Positions 63,201 to 64,000 of a stretch of 64,000 nucleotides of DNA are shown here, one piece after another. Position numbers and translations under genes: made by a program. The first letter of the stretch is position 1, and each line of letters begins with the position of its first letter. The DNA comes from Mobula birostris (taxonomy: Eukaryota): contig NC_092371.1 of assembly GCF_030028105.1 (NCBI RefSeq), positions 14,715,884 through 14,779,883 of the forward strand. The letters are read 5' to 3'. The notes under the pieces were generated by a model. That model was not told the origin of the DNA. It saw only the letters and a program-made list of their open reading frames with translations, and searched no databases.

Positions 63201-63937
63201 ACTCCAAGGCAGAGTACACAGTAAATGTAAGGATTCTTGGCAGTGTGGAGGAGCAGAGCGATCTGGGGTACCTGTCCACAGATTCTTGAAAGTTGCCTCA
63301 CAGGTAGATAGGGTAGTTATAAAGCTTATGGAGTGTTAGCTTTCATAAGCCGAGGGATAGAGTTTAAGAGTCGCGATGTAATGATGCAGCTCTATAAAAC
63401 TCTGGTTCGGCCACACTTGGAGTACTGTGCCCAGTTCTGGTCGCCTCACTATAGGAAGGATGTGGAAGCATTGGAAAGGGTACAGAGTAGATTTACCAGG
63501 ATGCTGCCTGGTTTAGAGAGTATGCATTATGATCAGAGATTCAGGGAGCTAGGGCTTTACTCTTTGGAGAGAAGGAGGATGAGAGGAGACATGATAGAGG
63601 TGTACAAAATAATAAGAGGAATAGGTAGAGTGGATAGCCAGCGCCTCTTCCCCAGGGCACCACTGCTCAATACAAGAGGACATGGCTTTAAGGTAAGGGG
63701 TGGGAAGTTCAAGGGGGATATTAGAGGAAGGTTTTTTACTCAGAGAGTGGTTGGTGCGTGGAATGCACTGCCTGACTCAGTGGTGGAGGCAGATACACTG
63801 TGAAGTTTAAGAGACTACTAGACAGGTATATAGAGGAATTTAAGGTGGGGTCTTATATGGGAGGCAGGGTTTGAGGGTCGGCACAACATTGTGGGCCGAA
63901 GGGCCTGTACTGTGCTGTACTATTCTATGTTATATGT
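60250..63937 (+). mobile_element. Near full-length CR1 LINE (5'UTR, ORF1, ORF2) with stops, frameshifts and an internal RT deletion
   Basis: ORF1 at 60401-61216, ORF2 fragments at 61529-63803 and tail TATTCTATGTTATATGT. Closely similar to 29544-32166 where they overlap. Confidence 0.92.
60401..61216 (+). CDS. CR1 ORF1 protein remnant (Zn-finger-like N-terminus, coiled coil, SGNH-type esterase domain)
   Basis: Motifs HQKCIQL, LEDHVRNLEQQLDDL, VVIGDSIVRG, MVCCLPG and HVGTNDIG match the CR1 ORF1 esterase pattern. Confidence 0.8.
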   Translation: MAVLGARPSPRSHIHQKCIQLGDLEDHVRNLEQQLDDLPLIRENEAVIDESYREVVTPRLSEAGSWVTVRGRKAKVSRQVIHSTPIAIPVNNKFIVLDTVGGDDRPGVTHGGRASGTESDPVVQKGGTEKRRAVVIGDSIVRGADRRFCGREKDTRMVCCLPGDRVRDVSDRVHDILVRERKQPEVLMHVGTNDIGRKRVEVLQSEFRELGRRLKNRASRVAFSGLLPVLPDSDGKIWRRWQLNAWLRSWCTEQGFRFLDHWDLFWGRWDL

Positions 63938-64000
63938 AGGGGTGTCTTACAGCGGACTGGAAAGATAGAGCATATAGACATTAAGAAAAAGGATGTGCTG

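Overview
Eukaryotic, repeat-rich DNA from a cartilaginous fish, probably a ray or skate (inferred from the Ig type and the repeat families). The only host genes are two immunoglobulin light-chain clusters of the type I / sigma-cart (NS5-like) class. They face each other tail-to-tail: copy 1 on + at 14481-17007 and copy 2 on - at 49568-45784. Each has a leader exon, a germline-joined VJ exon with no RSS, and a C exon, and both lie inside a large inverted segmental duplication (about 3.6-22.0 kb vs 59.2-42.1 kb). A third, gene-less copy of the upstream flank lies at about 22.0-33.0 kb. All exon reading frames are open, but each gene has lost a different splice donor. In copy 1 the J donor is GT>AT, and both intron retention and the nearest cryptic donor predict the same secreted VJ-only protein ending LDIKNK. 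In copy 2 the leader donor is GT>CT. The rest of the window is CR1, RTE, Rex1/Babar and Penelope-like retroelements (the last with hammerhead-ribozyme motifs), solo LTRs, Tc1 remnants, microsatellites and one 137-N gap. All alignments and counts were done by eye, and repeat boundaries are approximate unless a target-site duplication (TSD) is quoted.
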